Assembly (NCBI GenBank): GCA_002633005.1
Contig: NMRA01000002.1
Coordinates: 2,530,802-2,594,801, forward strand
From: Phoronis australis
Lineage: Eukaryota > Animalia > Phoronida
Length of the DNA: 64,000 bases
Direction of reading: 5' to 3'
Shown here: positions 13,205-26,294 of the stretch, one piece after another
Numbering within the stretch: position 1 is the stretch's first letter
Layout: every line of letters starts with the position of its first letter
Notes under the pieces: generated by a model
What the model saw: only the letters and a program-made list of their open reading frames with translations
The model's database searches: none
What the model was told of the DNA's origin: nothing
Program-made: the position numbers and the translations under genes

Positions 13205-14994
13205 ACACTTCAAACCGTTCCGCAGTGCTTCAAAAAGAACGCAAAAGATTTGCTGATCTTGCGAGGAAAGTGTCACACTACTGTAGTTGCTAGGTCAGGG
13301 ATTTTCACTTGGTATCGTTGTACGTTTTATTTGCTGTTGGTGGTCTTAGAGAAGGCCATCCCCTGCCCTACCCCCAAATCCACCTATGTTACTCGCCAAT
13401 GGTTCGCCGCTGAGTGGGAGAGTGAGACTACTGTGTAAAGCATCCTACAACAAACGTCAAAGCTAAGGTCAAACTTTAATGGGGGCCACGTTTTCATGCG
13501 ACGAGGGTCCTTGTTTAACAGGCCGGTTCAATTTTATTTTTAGAATTAACAAACGTCACTTTTCTGTTGAAAAATCGTTGTGGGGTCATTTTTCAAAGTT
13601 GAATTATCATTTTTCCACGGAGGTCAAAATTCTTGTACTATGGCAGTCTAGTAGAGTTACAAACCATGTGCTCTATTTGAAAATACATGGCAATAACTTG
13701 AGTTATCTCGTGAAGTGTTGCTTTTCTAGCAAGGTCCTGGTGTTACTCAACCCTACCGAGGCTTCGACGTTATTTTAAAACTTTTAATTTTTAGCCTTTC
13801 GAATTGTGTGCTGTCGCTCTTAAATCACAATTTTCTGCATGTATCCTGTACATTGGTTAAAAAAACGGACACAATGTTTTTTACGCTATTGTCAAATGTG
13901 ACACCTTTCGGGTATCAATCATCAAATTTTCATGTGGGCAAGCCGGATCATAGCAAAAGTTTTTTGAGCTTTGTAAACTGTCCCGTATTTGCTACAAAAA
14001 CGGTTGCAATCGTGAAGGCAGTTCATGGTACATTATTGAAGTCTGATGTTCTTCACAAAAAGCTGTGTGCCAGCCGGATCTGAGCAGCTAAAATGAATTA
14101 TTGTAAATTCTCCCGTATTTGTTTGATACGTTTTCCCGCACTAGGCTGTCATTGGGTTGCACACGTATTATTGAACGACTCGTTCGTGCTCGTCGATGTG
14201 TACCAGGTGCCTGGTAAATACTGTAAGGATCAAAAATCCCCAATGCGCTTTTAAAACTTTTATTGCAGAACTTCATACATGTAACTGTACCATACGAAAA
14301 TGGAAACGAAAGCGAATCAATCAACTGTAAAGAATAAATCAAAATTGTAAATATATATGTACAACAATATAAAAGGGATCAATTCATAATATTGCACAAA
14401 GGGCAAAGGTCAAATTAAGAAAACTTCAAAATAACAATTTACACCGCATATCTTGCTTGAAAACAAAACTAACACATTAGAAAACCCATACAAACAGAAT
14501 ATTATCTGACTTGACTGAACAATAGAGGTTTTACAAGGCAAAATAACTAACTTGAGCCTCAGACACGCTCCTATGTAAATTTCAAGGTCAGACCATCGCG
14601 AAAACTTCAAAAGTCTCAAAAATCTAAATAAGCCTGAAACTCATAATATTAATTACTAGGAATAATTCACAAGGCTTATTAGAAAATTACTATGTACAAT
14701 AACTTAAGTAAGTCACCGAATAATTGGACTTCTCCAACGTCAAACTTGGAACTTAAACTTTACATACTTGAAACACAAAGTTTTGTCAAGTGGCCAGGTG
14801 TGTTTGCGCGGATGACATGATCGTGCAGACGATTAGAGGACACTTTACGTTATTGCACCGACCATCGCGTACGTCGGAACGCTATGAGTAACTCAGGAAA
14901 CAAGGCGCAGAATTTCATATACATGTGCACTCTGACAGAAATTTCGTCAAGTTATTCTCCGACTATAAATATTTCCCTAAGATCATGGAGTTTA

Positions 14995-15149
14995 CAGGGG
15001 CGGATCCAGGATTTTGAGTTAGGGGGCAGAGAAGAGTATTAGCCAGGATTTTGCTCGTCAGACATTCACACCCCCAAACTGCCAAATGGACTATGAAAGA
15101 ATTTTAGTAGGTGCCATGGCACCCTTGGCCCAACTTAAATCCGCCACTG
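14995..15149. mobile_element. hAT-like MITE with 5-bp target site duplication
   Basis: GTTTA|CAGGGGCGGAT...ATCCGCCACTG|GTTTA. Confidence 0.8.
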
Positions 15150-15879
15150 GTTTAATCACTCATTTAAGCACGCAAGGTTCGAACGTTTGGCAGAAGGTAA
15201 CGCTCAGAAATCCAGAGAGAGAACTTGTTTACATCGGAATTTGAAACTCGTTTTTACGAGTAACCGTCTTGGCATCCTCGTTTGTGTGATAGGTCAACGA
15301 ATCCCGCCTCATCTCAAGAAAACGTAGCTGAGAGTCCTTGTCGTGTATACAGGTTGCTCTTCCGCCGAGTTTAGCTGTGAAAGGTTCTACAGAAAATTTT
15401 ACAATGCCAGCGTTTGCGAAATATAATCAAAGGTCCACGGTTTTAGAAATTCACCCCCCCCCCCNNNNNNNNNNNNNCGCTCAATGCTGGCTGCGGGCCT
15501 GAAGTGTAAACGAGTGTAGGGAAGAGCAACTGCAGTGGAACATGAAAACGAGTCACGCATTTACATAGAAAAATATGAGAATACGCGCTTACTGGAATTG
15601 TAAAGCAGAGGGCTTTATCAGCAAACATGTTGTATATTGTATAATAATACAGGTGATGTCACCTTATGGGTAAACGAAGGTTTAGAGTTGTACCGATAAT
15701 TAGGACACGTTATATAATTATTACAAACTAGCATCTGATACATACATGTACGTGTATCTCCATGGTGATCAATCGAGACTAAAGGCGACGAGCAATAAAG
15801 TTTTCCAACTAAATTGCTTTCCGACGGTATTTTCTCCGACTTTTTCATTTCTTGTTAAATGCGTCTATTGGCTTATGTT

Positions 15880-16640
15880 CACTGTTACCATGTTGTTGTT
15901 AGTGCATTGAGGAAGCATCTTGGTGAACTAGAACCAAGATCTATTGGTTGTAACAACTTTCATTTAATTAATTATAGCAGTTGTAGTAAAGATTGGTTTA
16001 AAAATGTACTATACATACTTTTGCGCAAAACCAGACACTCATGCGCGGTTAAGTAATTATTATAAGGGAAAAGAAATTAGAGAAATTTATTTTTTACCCT
16101 TCAGCCTCCCAATAAATCCTGAATTAAAAAACTCCAGGTACCTCTTTACCCATAGACGAATATTTACAAATACCACTTTATACAAAATAGGGGTGGTTGA
16201 TACTGATAAGTGCTCCTACTGTGATGAGTTACAGACTCTATTTCATATGTTTCATTATTGCACATGTGTCAGGACTTTCTGGGAATCAGTGCAAACTCTC
16301 TTAAATAAAGCCCTAAATACCCAGTAAATGCTTACGATGTGGGACATATTAGATTCTATTCAAAACCCTAATACAAACCACAAATTAATTTGCAATACCA
16401 TAAATACACTTGCACTTTACTTCATTTACCAGACATCAAATGTAAAAAAGCCTCTCCTTTTTAAGGATTTAAAGTTGAAATTACAAACTTTTATAAACAC
16501 AATTTTAACAGATACCTCGGACACAAATATGGATAAATGGAGAGGTCTGCATGCATGCTTTTAATTAGTATTCTAGAAATCATCAAAGTTGTACTGTTTT
16601 TATTTTTATATGTATTTATGTTTGTACGTATTTATATAGA
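15880..16640 (+). mobile_element. L1/Tx1-like LINE 3' fragment (zf-RVT region)
   Basis: HRRIFTNTTLYKIGVVDTDKCSYCDELQTLFHMFHYCTCVRTFW followed by ...FIYQ...DKW, the usual L1/Tx1 ORF2 end. Confidence 0.8.
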
Positions 16641-16673
16641 ACCTAATTTCTCCAGACATAATTCCAACACGGC

Positions 16674-16691
16674 GTGTGTGTGTGTGTGTGN

Positions 16692-16723
<32 letters not shown>
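16674..16723. repeat. (GT)n microsatellite with an internal N
   Basis: Directly visible. Confidence 0.95.
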
Positions 16724-16727
<4 letters not shown>

Positions 16728-18332
16728 GCGCGTGAAAGTTCTTCCCCCGCACCCCTTTCCCCTTTCCAGTTACATTTTATTGCCTTATATATCTATTAGT
16801 AGCTATTATATACTTTTATTAAAGCCAGAACTGAGGCACCCAACCTCAGACTGGCTTCGTGATGTTGTCTGGGCAATAAATGTTTTAAAAAAATGTCCTC
16901 GCCTTTTCCAGAAGGTCAAGACTTGATGTTTCTGCCGCATACAATTTGGTCGTATCACGAACGCGTATAACAAAATCGAACGTCCGGGCGGCTTGAATGA
17001 AGAGTGCAAAATAAGTCCAAAAGCAAGTCCGCCTATCCGCCGAACAAAATGACTTCTTCAATTTTAGGCCAAAAAAAACAGACGGATACATTTCTTGCTC
17101 AATATTGCGATTTCTGAGCTTGGAAAACCTTGACATTGAACGAACGCTCGATGCACAAAAGAGTCATCACGACGAACCACGTCATCGAGACTGGACTCAA
17201 TCAACAACGAATTGTACTTTCTCTGCTAGCCTAGAAATCATACATGTACATGTATTTAATCTAAACAAGTAACATCATTCGGTTTCATAATCGCACATGT
17301 AAACGTAGAGGGTGTCCGTCAAACGCTTTGTTGATGGCCGACTTGATGTAAAGCAGGCTTGAAGATTGTTTGAGTTGACCAGTATATTTTAAACGCAATT
17401 TGTGTCATGTCAATTTTGCATGTCCACGTGATTCAGTATGCGCTATAGGGGCATTTTTGTACAAAAAGGAGATAAATAACCTACCATATGTTTATGTGAT
17501 GCACACCAAGTGCTGCCAGAGGTTCATGTAAGTACTCAACTGGGGCCATTCTAAATATTTTGTGTGCTATTCAGAATATTCGGAACAATTCAGGCAACTA
17601 TGGGGGAGAAGGTAAATAACAGTTTTGTACCACCACAAAATTTGCAAGGCCCAAGATAAAAATTAAATTCGCTATCCAGACCTGTCGTTTAAATGAATCT
17701 TTTCTGCTTGATAACTCTACTGTTGGGAAAAGACGTCTCAACATTCACTGTACATATATACATGTATCATCATACAGAGGCTCTGTTCATAACTTTCCAG
17801 TTCTCGTGCTAAGCGTGCAAAACAAAGTCCTAAGGCATAGTTTTGTAGTAATAGTGACTAATAAGCCCAACTGGGCCAGGCACTTATCTTTCTTACAAAT
17901 CTTATACCCATAACTGTTTGAATTAATTGTACTTGGCAATATAATAAATGAATACAGTATATCGATTGCCAGGTCCCGTGCCATAATATCCGAATCTAGG
18001 ATACAAGTACCTACATGTACGGCAGTCACCTGAAAGACAACACGTTCTGTTGTTGTCTAATGAACTGATATCGTACATAGATCACTACTTAAGGTCCTGT
18101 TTGCCGAATGTGATCATCCGGTTCGATCACAATGAATTCGACAGATGACGCGTCGTGTTGCGTTGTTTTGGGGGGAGGGGGGAGCGGGTTGGGTTTTTAA
18201 GATCCAATTAGGAGCAGGCTGTGGAGTTTTGGCATTCATTTTAGGCTGTAGGCAGACTTTCACTAGAATTTTAGTCTTAGCAAATTTTCATGAAACAGTC
18301 AATCCTCACACTCTTCGAGATAAGTCGAAACT

Positions 18333-19181
18333 GGAACCCGGATATAAAACAGGTATTCCGGAGTGGAAAACAGCACCTTAACAGCTAACCAGCCCGAAGA
18401 ACACGAACTGTGACCTTTAAAACAGGAATCCCAGGGGATGGGACAGGGATCCGGAAAATTCGAATGAGACCGTTATCTGTAGCCTCAAACTTTGAGTTAA
18501 AGCATTCCAAAGTACTTGCCAGTTGTTTTTTTTTTAAGTATCAATAATAAAACGTAGCTTATATACATTGGCCGTAATATCTAATTTTTATGTGCAAAAC
18601 TTGAGCAACTTGTCTGTGGTCGATTTTCAACACGATCGATAATATTCTCATCACCGGCGCTGTTACTTCGGTGAACATTTAGTTAATTTCAGATTATTCA
18701 ATAGTGTCTCCAAATTTATTTTCAAAAATGATCACTAAAATGTTATTTCGACTTTCTGGTGACGTTGTTGATAAGCTTGTTGTGATATGTACTCTGTACG
18801 CACCTTCGTGGAAGAAGAACACTTGATTGAAGAATTAAGGAAACAGAAACTAGCCAATAGGTGACGCAATATTCCGAATGGCACCGAAAGCAGATGCAAA
18901 CGATAGCACAACAACTTTAGCAGGAGAATAATGTAGATCGCCAATTTCTTTCTAGAGTTCTGATATCCAAACATTTTTTTAAAGTAGAAAGACTTATTTT
19001 TCATCAAAAATGTTTGGCAGAAAGTGCAGGAGGGGTATTTCGTCTGGTCCCTGGGCGTCTCTTTACGATCCCTGGGTTCCTGTTTTAAGGGTCGGAGTTC
19101 GTGTTTTTGGGCTGGTTATCCGTTTTGAATGTGCGGTAGTCTGTTTTCGACTCCCTGGTATCTGTTTTACACCGGGGTTCA
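18333..19181. mobile_element. Non-autonomous element with about 110-bp imperfect inverted arms
   Basis: About 18333-18440 (GAACCCGGATATAAAACAGGTA...AACACGAACT...AAAACAGGAATCCCAGGG) is the imperfect reverse complement of about 19068-19181. Confidence 0.6.
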
Positions 19182-19955
19182 TTTCTATTCATGTCAATGC
19201 ATAAATTAGTCTTAGCTAAAAGCTTTTTTTTCGTTTCGGGTTACGTATGTCACAGTGATTGCAGTGCGATAAGTTCAATCCCGGCAATGCACTCGCAAGA
19301 TTTCGCTCTCATGAGCAATTCCGTTGCTATGGCAACATTTCATGAACCCTTACACCCGACAATGCGTTCTCCACGGTGTTAAGGTTCAGCTACCTCAATA
19401 ATACCTGCAGATATATACATGCGGGGCGTATGGATTTCAAAATGCAACGCAGTGACAGTGAGTTTTTGAAGTTTAAGTCGACATTCTGCCTGATAAGAAG
19501 TTTTAATGAACAAAAACCGCCAATCGTGAAGAATTTGTCGAACTTTCTTCCCAGCATTCGAAGCCTAACACGTGGTGGGATAATGCAGATGCTACCTTCT
19601 GAGATATGCATCGCAATGTTTGTGGCTTCAGTGCGGCGTAGAACACTGGACTGCCTTTATACCTGGGGAGTTAACAACCCCTCCTCCATTCATACGGTCT
19701 CGTGGGGTTTTAGTGATGCAGGTCCAGTAATGTAGCATGGTTGTTCTATACTAACTTACACAATTTCACAAGGCCGCGAAAGATAGCACTATGAACTGCT
19801 GTTTAACATGGCTTGGTTAACTTAGTAATGAAACCGGCGTCCCAAGATTCAGTCATTCCCATTGGTTGAAATCTGTATAAACTCGTTCAGTTTCCTGTTA
19901 CATACATGTAGTATGACGACCACATTTGACTGTACATGTAACTGTAATTTATTAA

Positions 19956-22900
19956 GTATCAGTCCACGGATCCACCGACCACTGTACAGCCAACAGGCGG
20001 CAAGGTGGGGGGTGAGCCATTCAGATCCATGTTTAGTCTGATAAATCACATTAGGGATGAGAGAAATTGGGTGAAGTATGACACCACAAAGTTTGGTGGT
20101 TTAGGAGATACAAGGGAAGTGTTCTGGGGGGCAAAATGAGGCAATTTCTTGGTGTGGAATGGGTCATTTTTGACCAAATTTTCTACTCCAGTTTCTGCTT
20201 CAAACAGAATCGTTTCTGAACAATTTTGATATCACATGATAGGTTCATGACCAATGTCAGTAAAAACGGCACCGACACTGCAATATCGGTTACCATGGTA
20301 ACACTGGAACTGTTTCCGTGGAGGTACATTTCCGTCTTGTGAAAAACCAGCAGTAAGCTGTACCCTTATAGCGAAGCTGCCCCCGCGAGAAAACTAAAAA
20401 TAATAACATGGACATGTAGAAGACTCCATGCCCTTGAAATTAATACAATGAAAACTTTGTCAGCCTTTCAGGCAGGCTTGGTAATAGGTGTCTGAATTTC
20501 ACTATTTTCAGACCGCGTATGTGTATTTGTCATGTTAAACCAGTCACTAGTTGTGCGCCGTTTCTACGCATTAACATGCCGTGGTATAATACAACAATTG
20601 AAAGAATTGGTTTGCTTAAATGTTTTTAATTAATTTTAAGGACACTAGCATTTCCCACTAAAATATGAAATTATACTAAATTTGTTCATCCAACTCGTCT
20701 GAATACCAAACTAAAGCTTACAATGCGTTAGTTGAATGATGGCTCGCTGACCTAAAGTGCGGGTTTGTGAATTTATCTATTTATCTGGCACTGCCAGTCG
20801 CATTGAATGTGGTATTTCTACAAATTGCGGGGAGAAACAACTTTGGAAACTCTTGGGAAATGCACAAGGTATAGAGCGAGACATTTGAGCACCTTGTAAG
20901 AGTATGTGGAGCTGATGTGGAGGTGGAACGTGTCCTCCTGAGAAGTAGTCTGTCAGAGTCTGCCTCGGAGGCAGGTGTGCAGCACTGAGGAGCTACATAA
21001 TCTACCGTATTAGATTCACTTCACCGAATCATCGTTACAATACTCGAGATACATTGCTGTCGCCAAAGACACTGAGAACATCCACTGCACACTAGAGGAG
21101 AAATCTGGTAGAGCCTGATAGAGGTCTGAAAAATGGCCAAAGACGTCAAGTCAAGGTTCAACGTCCTGCTTCGTGTGAGCTCAGGTAGGAATCACTAAAC
21201 TCCAGGGTCTGACCCTGAGGAATATTTTTAGAAGCACGTCATTCATGCAAAAAATACTTTTATTGTCACACCGTGATTGCTTATGACTTGGGCCTTATTG
21301 CTTAATCATATCTTATTCAAATGTGTTGATGTTTATGCAACTAAATGTATACATTGGCATAGAAAATAGGTAGTCATCATAACTTTTCATAACAACCACC
21401 AAATGTGTAACATGACTTCTACCCATGAACTAGTTTTAGAGACTAGGGGGTATGTTATGTCTGCCAATGAATTTCTGCGATTATGATGTTAATTAAACAT
21501 GGTAAAGCCGTCAGAAATATTGGTGCCTTCACTTCAGCTCGGTATTCATATTTTCTGAGCCGAAAGGGCCACATTAAATTTAACATGTTTAATTTTTTCA
21601 TTAATACAATTTTAGGAATCAGGAAAGGCTTATGCTGAAGAAGTGGCTTCTGCTGAAGTTGGAGACTTGCCGATTATTAGTAAAGTTTGGGTATGGAAAA
21701 GTTCACAACCAGCAAGGAGGTACCCTTCTGGACAACTAAGTGAGGGGGCTAGAGAGAGGCCGTAAAGTCTACTCCCAGAAGATATGTCAAAGAGAATTTG
21801 TAGCTTGAGGAACGAGTTGGGGGAAAAAGTACTTGCCAAAGATTACTGGCTTATTCCACAACAGGTCCAAAGTAATTTGTTGAGATAGCTGGCCACTCTC
21901 AGCAAATGTGGGGAAACTGGGACAGAGGAAGTGGAGTATGCATTGAAAGAGGCAATCTGCGATTGTCAAGGATGTAGCATTGTAAAAATTCAAAGGGAGG
22001 AAACAGTACAGTGGCTGGACCTGTAAATACTCTGGCTGATCTGCTAAATCCAGTGGGGGCATTATTGTATCAGCACAGCTGTGTAGGGAAGTAGGCTTGT
22101 GTGTTGTCGCAAGCTTTGTTTGGACCAGAACTGCTTGTGTGAACAGCACAAATCTAAAATTTACCTAGTCTAAGACTGAATTTTTCTCCAGGCACGGATC
22201 ATGATCCTGGGCCACATGGTAATGGTACATTGTTCATTTTGTTTAGCCACTGGATTTTTTGGTCTGACAGGATTTCTCAGTGTGGCCATCACATTTAGAT
22301 GATTTCTGACCACTGTACTGTTCATTTTCCTTGAAGATGCATAATTGATCTGAATTTATGTTTCCGCATTTTATTTACCATTATAGATTTTTGTTTGTAA
22401 ATGGGTATATATTACTGAAATTTGAGACCCTGTTGCAGTTAGGCTGGTTTTGTTAACTTATCTTTCTACCTGGGTTGTAAACCCATATTCTGTCCAGGAG
22501 GTAATAAGTTTTGATTTAGACCATTTACCTCTATAAACTTTGCTCAGTTTGTTCCTTATCCAGATGGGAAGTGATTTCTGGAATTGTAGCGAATTGACAG
22601 TTTGCTATTCCTTGAGACCATGCTGTGTGTATAAAATCGCACACTATTAGTCTGGTCTCTAGCAATTGCATATTGCCAGATCTTTCAAAGTTCTGAAATT
22701 GCTCAAAAGTGACCTGGAAGTAATACCTATTTCGTGATGGTAAAATATCTAAATCAAAAGTTGTTTTATGTGATTTTAGGCGAGTTTATGTCCACTTCAA
22801 ATGATTTTTTGTTGCAGTACTGAAAAGTATTGGCACATTAGCTCTGGTGGCTCCTTGTTTTTTTGGCGAATTGACCATTTTATGGTTCCCATGGGTAATT

Positions 22901-24960
22901 TTGTTACTGGTCTAGTATGTATGTACAACTGTAATCGTAGGGCAATTGTAATGCAAACCATGTTGCAAAAGTATTTTTTCATGACCATTTCATTGTAAAA
23001 TGCTGCCTAATTGGAACCGACAAGCCAATTTTTCATTTTGTGGTGGTTAGTTTTGATAAGAACATTGATGTGGTAAATACAGCTACCTCAAGTTTGTGAA
23101 GAAGAGATTTCCAGTGTTGTCAGCGATATTGCGAAATCACTTTTTCGCAGTGAGACTACATCACCTTAAATGTAATTCCCTGACTTTATGGGCTTTGTGT
23201 GGTTGACTCTGTCCTGTAGCAATTAGAGTGTTGAAAAGATCTAGAAGGCAATTTTTTATTAGAGTCATAATATTTGCACTTTTGACTGTACAGTTATCTT
23301 TGCATTGTAGTACACAAGTCTCTGGTTGGTATTTTATATTTTTTCACAAGGAATATTTTCAACTTAGATGAGTTGTCTGTGAGGTAGGCAATTTTCAAAT
23401 AAGATAATGAATAAAATTGTTAAACATTGTTTTATTTTTTAGATTTGTGATCTTCCAATAAGTGATCACTTTTAAAAAACCTGTGCAGAATTTGATTTTT
23501 ACTCTTCATTTAAAGGAGAATAAATCCATAAACCTGCATTGTCTTGAAATTTTACTCAAACTACAGATTACAGGGTTGGGTATTGGAATCTTAATACAAC
23601 AGAGTCTGAACCCGTACCATGACCAATACAACACAATACACGGATATAAAAATTTGGTGTTTAGGTTCCACGGAAAGGATTCGTGTGCGCGGTAATAGTT
23701 ACTAAGGTGCGTCATTGTTTGTGGATACCTCTTCTGTGGTCATCCACGGGAAACCTGGTCGCATAGAGAACAATAGATTAGCATCTTCATTGTTATAATA
23801 AAGATATAATGAGCACTTATCGGTTACGGTCTGATGTACGCACTGGTTCTATATCCATGCGACCTGTGTTGTTATATCCAGCAATGGCACAACAAAGGAA
23901 AACAATGATAGGACCGATGGGCGAAAAACATGCGACGAGTTGCCACAGACAGTGGCGGAGTTTGTCTTGTCACTCGAATGTTTTTAGAGAACTGCAAACC
24001 AGGTATTTCGTCAGGAAAATTTCTGCGGTCTTTTGTTTTAAGTCGTGGGAAAAACTGCGGTCATGCCACCAAACTTATCATTCATTTGATATTACAAGGC
24101 ATTGCATGAACATTTGATCAACAGAAAATCTGATTTGAATATGTGTGAAGAAATACCCATGAGGAAATTGCAAAGTAAAACAACTGTAAATCAAAATAAC
24201 CTACATTTGTCGAGTTCATGTCTAACCCTGTTCACTGTGGAGGACATAATCAGCTTTTTACAAAATGGAGCCATGTATGGTATTTAGGGGTACTATAGCC
24301 CAAAGTGATAAGTAGTAAAACGTTCAAAACATTCAGGAGGAACTAACTTGTTGCAAAATATCGAAAAATATGAAGGACAATTGGATTTTACGGTGCTCAC
24401 GCATCGATCTCAGATATATGACAATTTCTCATTTTAGTACATTTTAGGTGCCAAAATGTATAACTAATAAACTGGCTGACATAGTTTTTATTTTATGCAG
24501 TGAAAGTAACATATTTTGTCAACAGTTTGGCTAAGTTTCATTCTCATAACAGTGGGGGCAGATTTGGTACAGCAGTGTACTGAACACAACCTCAAAATGG
24601 CATAACGGGGGGCAGTGTAGTAAAACTACTAAATGAGGGTGGTAAATCGGAATCGTGTTTCAAGACATCTGTGTAACAATCTATAGGCACCACTAAACAA
24701 TGCCAAGTGAATAATAAATCAATAGCTTTCATTCAAGGAAAAATATGAACAGTTAAACCTGGACAGTTTTTGTACCGTGAAAACATGGCTGCAAAACCGT
24801 AAAATGTGTTTGAACCTATAACTTTAGAAAAACAAAATATTTTGAGGAAATATTTTACCGCTGTTTATAGATCCCATAGGACTACATATGTGCCAAATTT
24901 GGTAAAAATCGGCTGACCCCCACCTTGCCGCTCATGGTTGGTGCTCTCGTGGACTAGTAC
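19956..24960 (+). mobile_element. 5.0-kb TTAA-flanked DNA transposon with decayed coding remnants (Sola3-like or Kolobok-like, tentative)
   Basis: TTAA|GTATCAGTCCACG ... CGTGGACTAGTAC|TTAA, plus an inverted subterminal GCGGCAAGGTGGGGG block at both ends. Decayed frame at about 21617-21990 (KVWVWKSSQPARRY...PEDMSKRICSLRNELGEKVLAKDYWLIPQQVQS). Confidence 0.8.
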
Positions 24961-25390
24961 TTAAAACGAAGTAAACAAAACCAAGGAAACCCTGATCCAG
25001 TGGCTTAAGCCCAAAATGAATAAGCTCAGTGGATAGAAGGTGCGTGCTCGTGGTGGCGATGTAAAAGGTAAACTTCTGACCGAGCATGCGCATTGATGCC
25101 CAGACACGGAAATCGTGTGTAGTTCATCATGTCTCCACAGGGCCACTTTTCAGTTTGGGTGGCGCTGTGTCAGAGGGTATCATTCAGTCGTCTTGATTGA
25201 TATCCTTGCTTAATGAACTCGTATTTTGAAGATCACTTCCAATAATGTGCACTGCTGTTGGTCGGCGTACCGTGGCTGGCTTTTCAATAAATGCACATTG
25301 AGCTTACTTGTTGGTACACGATATTTTTTACTGCTGTGAACATTTTGTCGGTACATCGACAGTTGATGTCCCGTCTTTATTTGTTTCAGG

Positions 25391-25746
25391 ATGCTTACCC
25401 GTGCTATTTTCGCTCTTGTTATTCTCGGCACCCTAGTTGAGGTTAGAGGATACATTGACTTGAGTACATTCGACGAAGAGTATCTCAATGGACTGGGTCA
25501 CTTTTTCACCTACAAAGAAAACCGGGACAAGCAGTTTGCTGTCTTGACGCTAAACAAGGCAGGTGCAGGCTACTATAATAAAATAAATCCTTGTTACGAC
25601 ATGGACTTGATGTTCTCCATGCTCCATCCTAAACCGACCATGAATTATTGGGCTCGAATTCGAAAATTTAACCCAACTTCCCACGCCGAAAAGCAAATCT
25701 TTTCTCAGCTTCCAGAACTAATGCACGATTACGGTGAAACGGTCAG
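25391..25746 (+). CDS. Coding exon 1 of a secreted AID/APOBEC-like (SNAD-type) zinc-dependent deaminase
   Basis: Signal peptide MLTRAIFALVILGTLVEVRG; QFAVL strand; NYWAR...SHAEKQI (HxE at 25682-25690). Consensus donor AG|gtaagt, phase 2. Acceptor ttgtttcag at 25388-25389 just before the ATG implies a further upstream exon. Confidence 0.9.
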
Positions 25747-26294
25747 GTAAGTTACATGTATTACATTGATTTTACATACACATTTTACATTGTGGAAGCA
25801 AATTTGTCAACATTTCTAAATTAAAAGATTAATGGGTTGCTGTAGGTGATACTCCACGACTCTACCAGGCAGTTGATTTTATAAAAGTGGTTTAACAAAA
25901 CCAGATTTAAGACTTACATGTAAGCCTGGCCATGTATCCATGGCACCAAACTTTGTCGACCTGGATTAAATCAACAAAGAATTTACTGGGTAGAGTTCAA
26001 TTTACGTCTCGCGGCGAGAAAATCTACATGTAGGTGAGCCAAAATCATTTAAAATACACGGTGGTATCTCGCGTAATTTCGCAGTCTTGCATTTCTAATT
26101 AAGGAGGCACAGAACAGTTCTCACTGGGTTTTGCCCAGCAAAACCCACGTCACTTGATTTGTCACCTTTTCTTCCCTCTGTCAAAAACAGGTTGCAAAGA
26201 ATGACATGATTTCACTTATTTCACATAAAAAGCCCTGCAGATGAGCGCAGAAACTTTACTCTCTCTTGTATTTTTGACCCTTTCAATCCCACTG

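Noticed and set aside
18011-18029. Possible 19-nt micro-exon (minus, DCRTCR), phase-compatible with the discoidin exon
   Set aside because: Weak donor, built on a TACATGTA motif; the 4146-4103 exon explains the gene start better.
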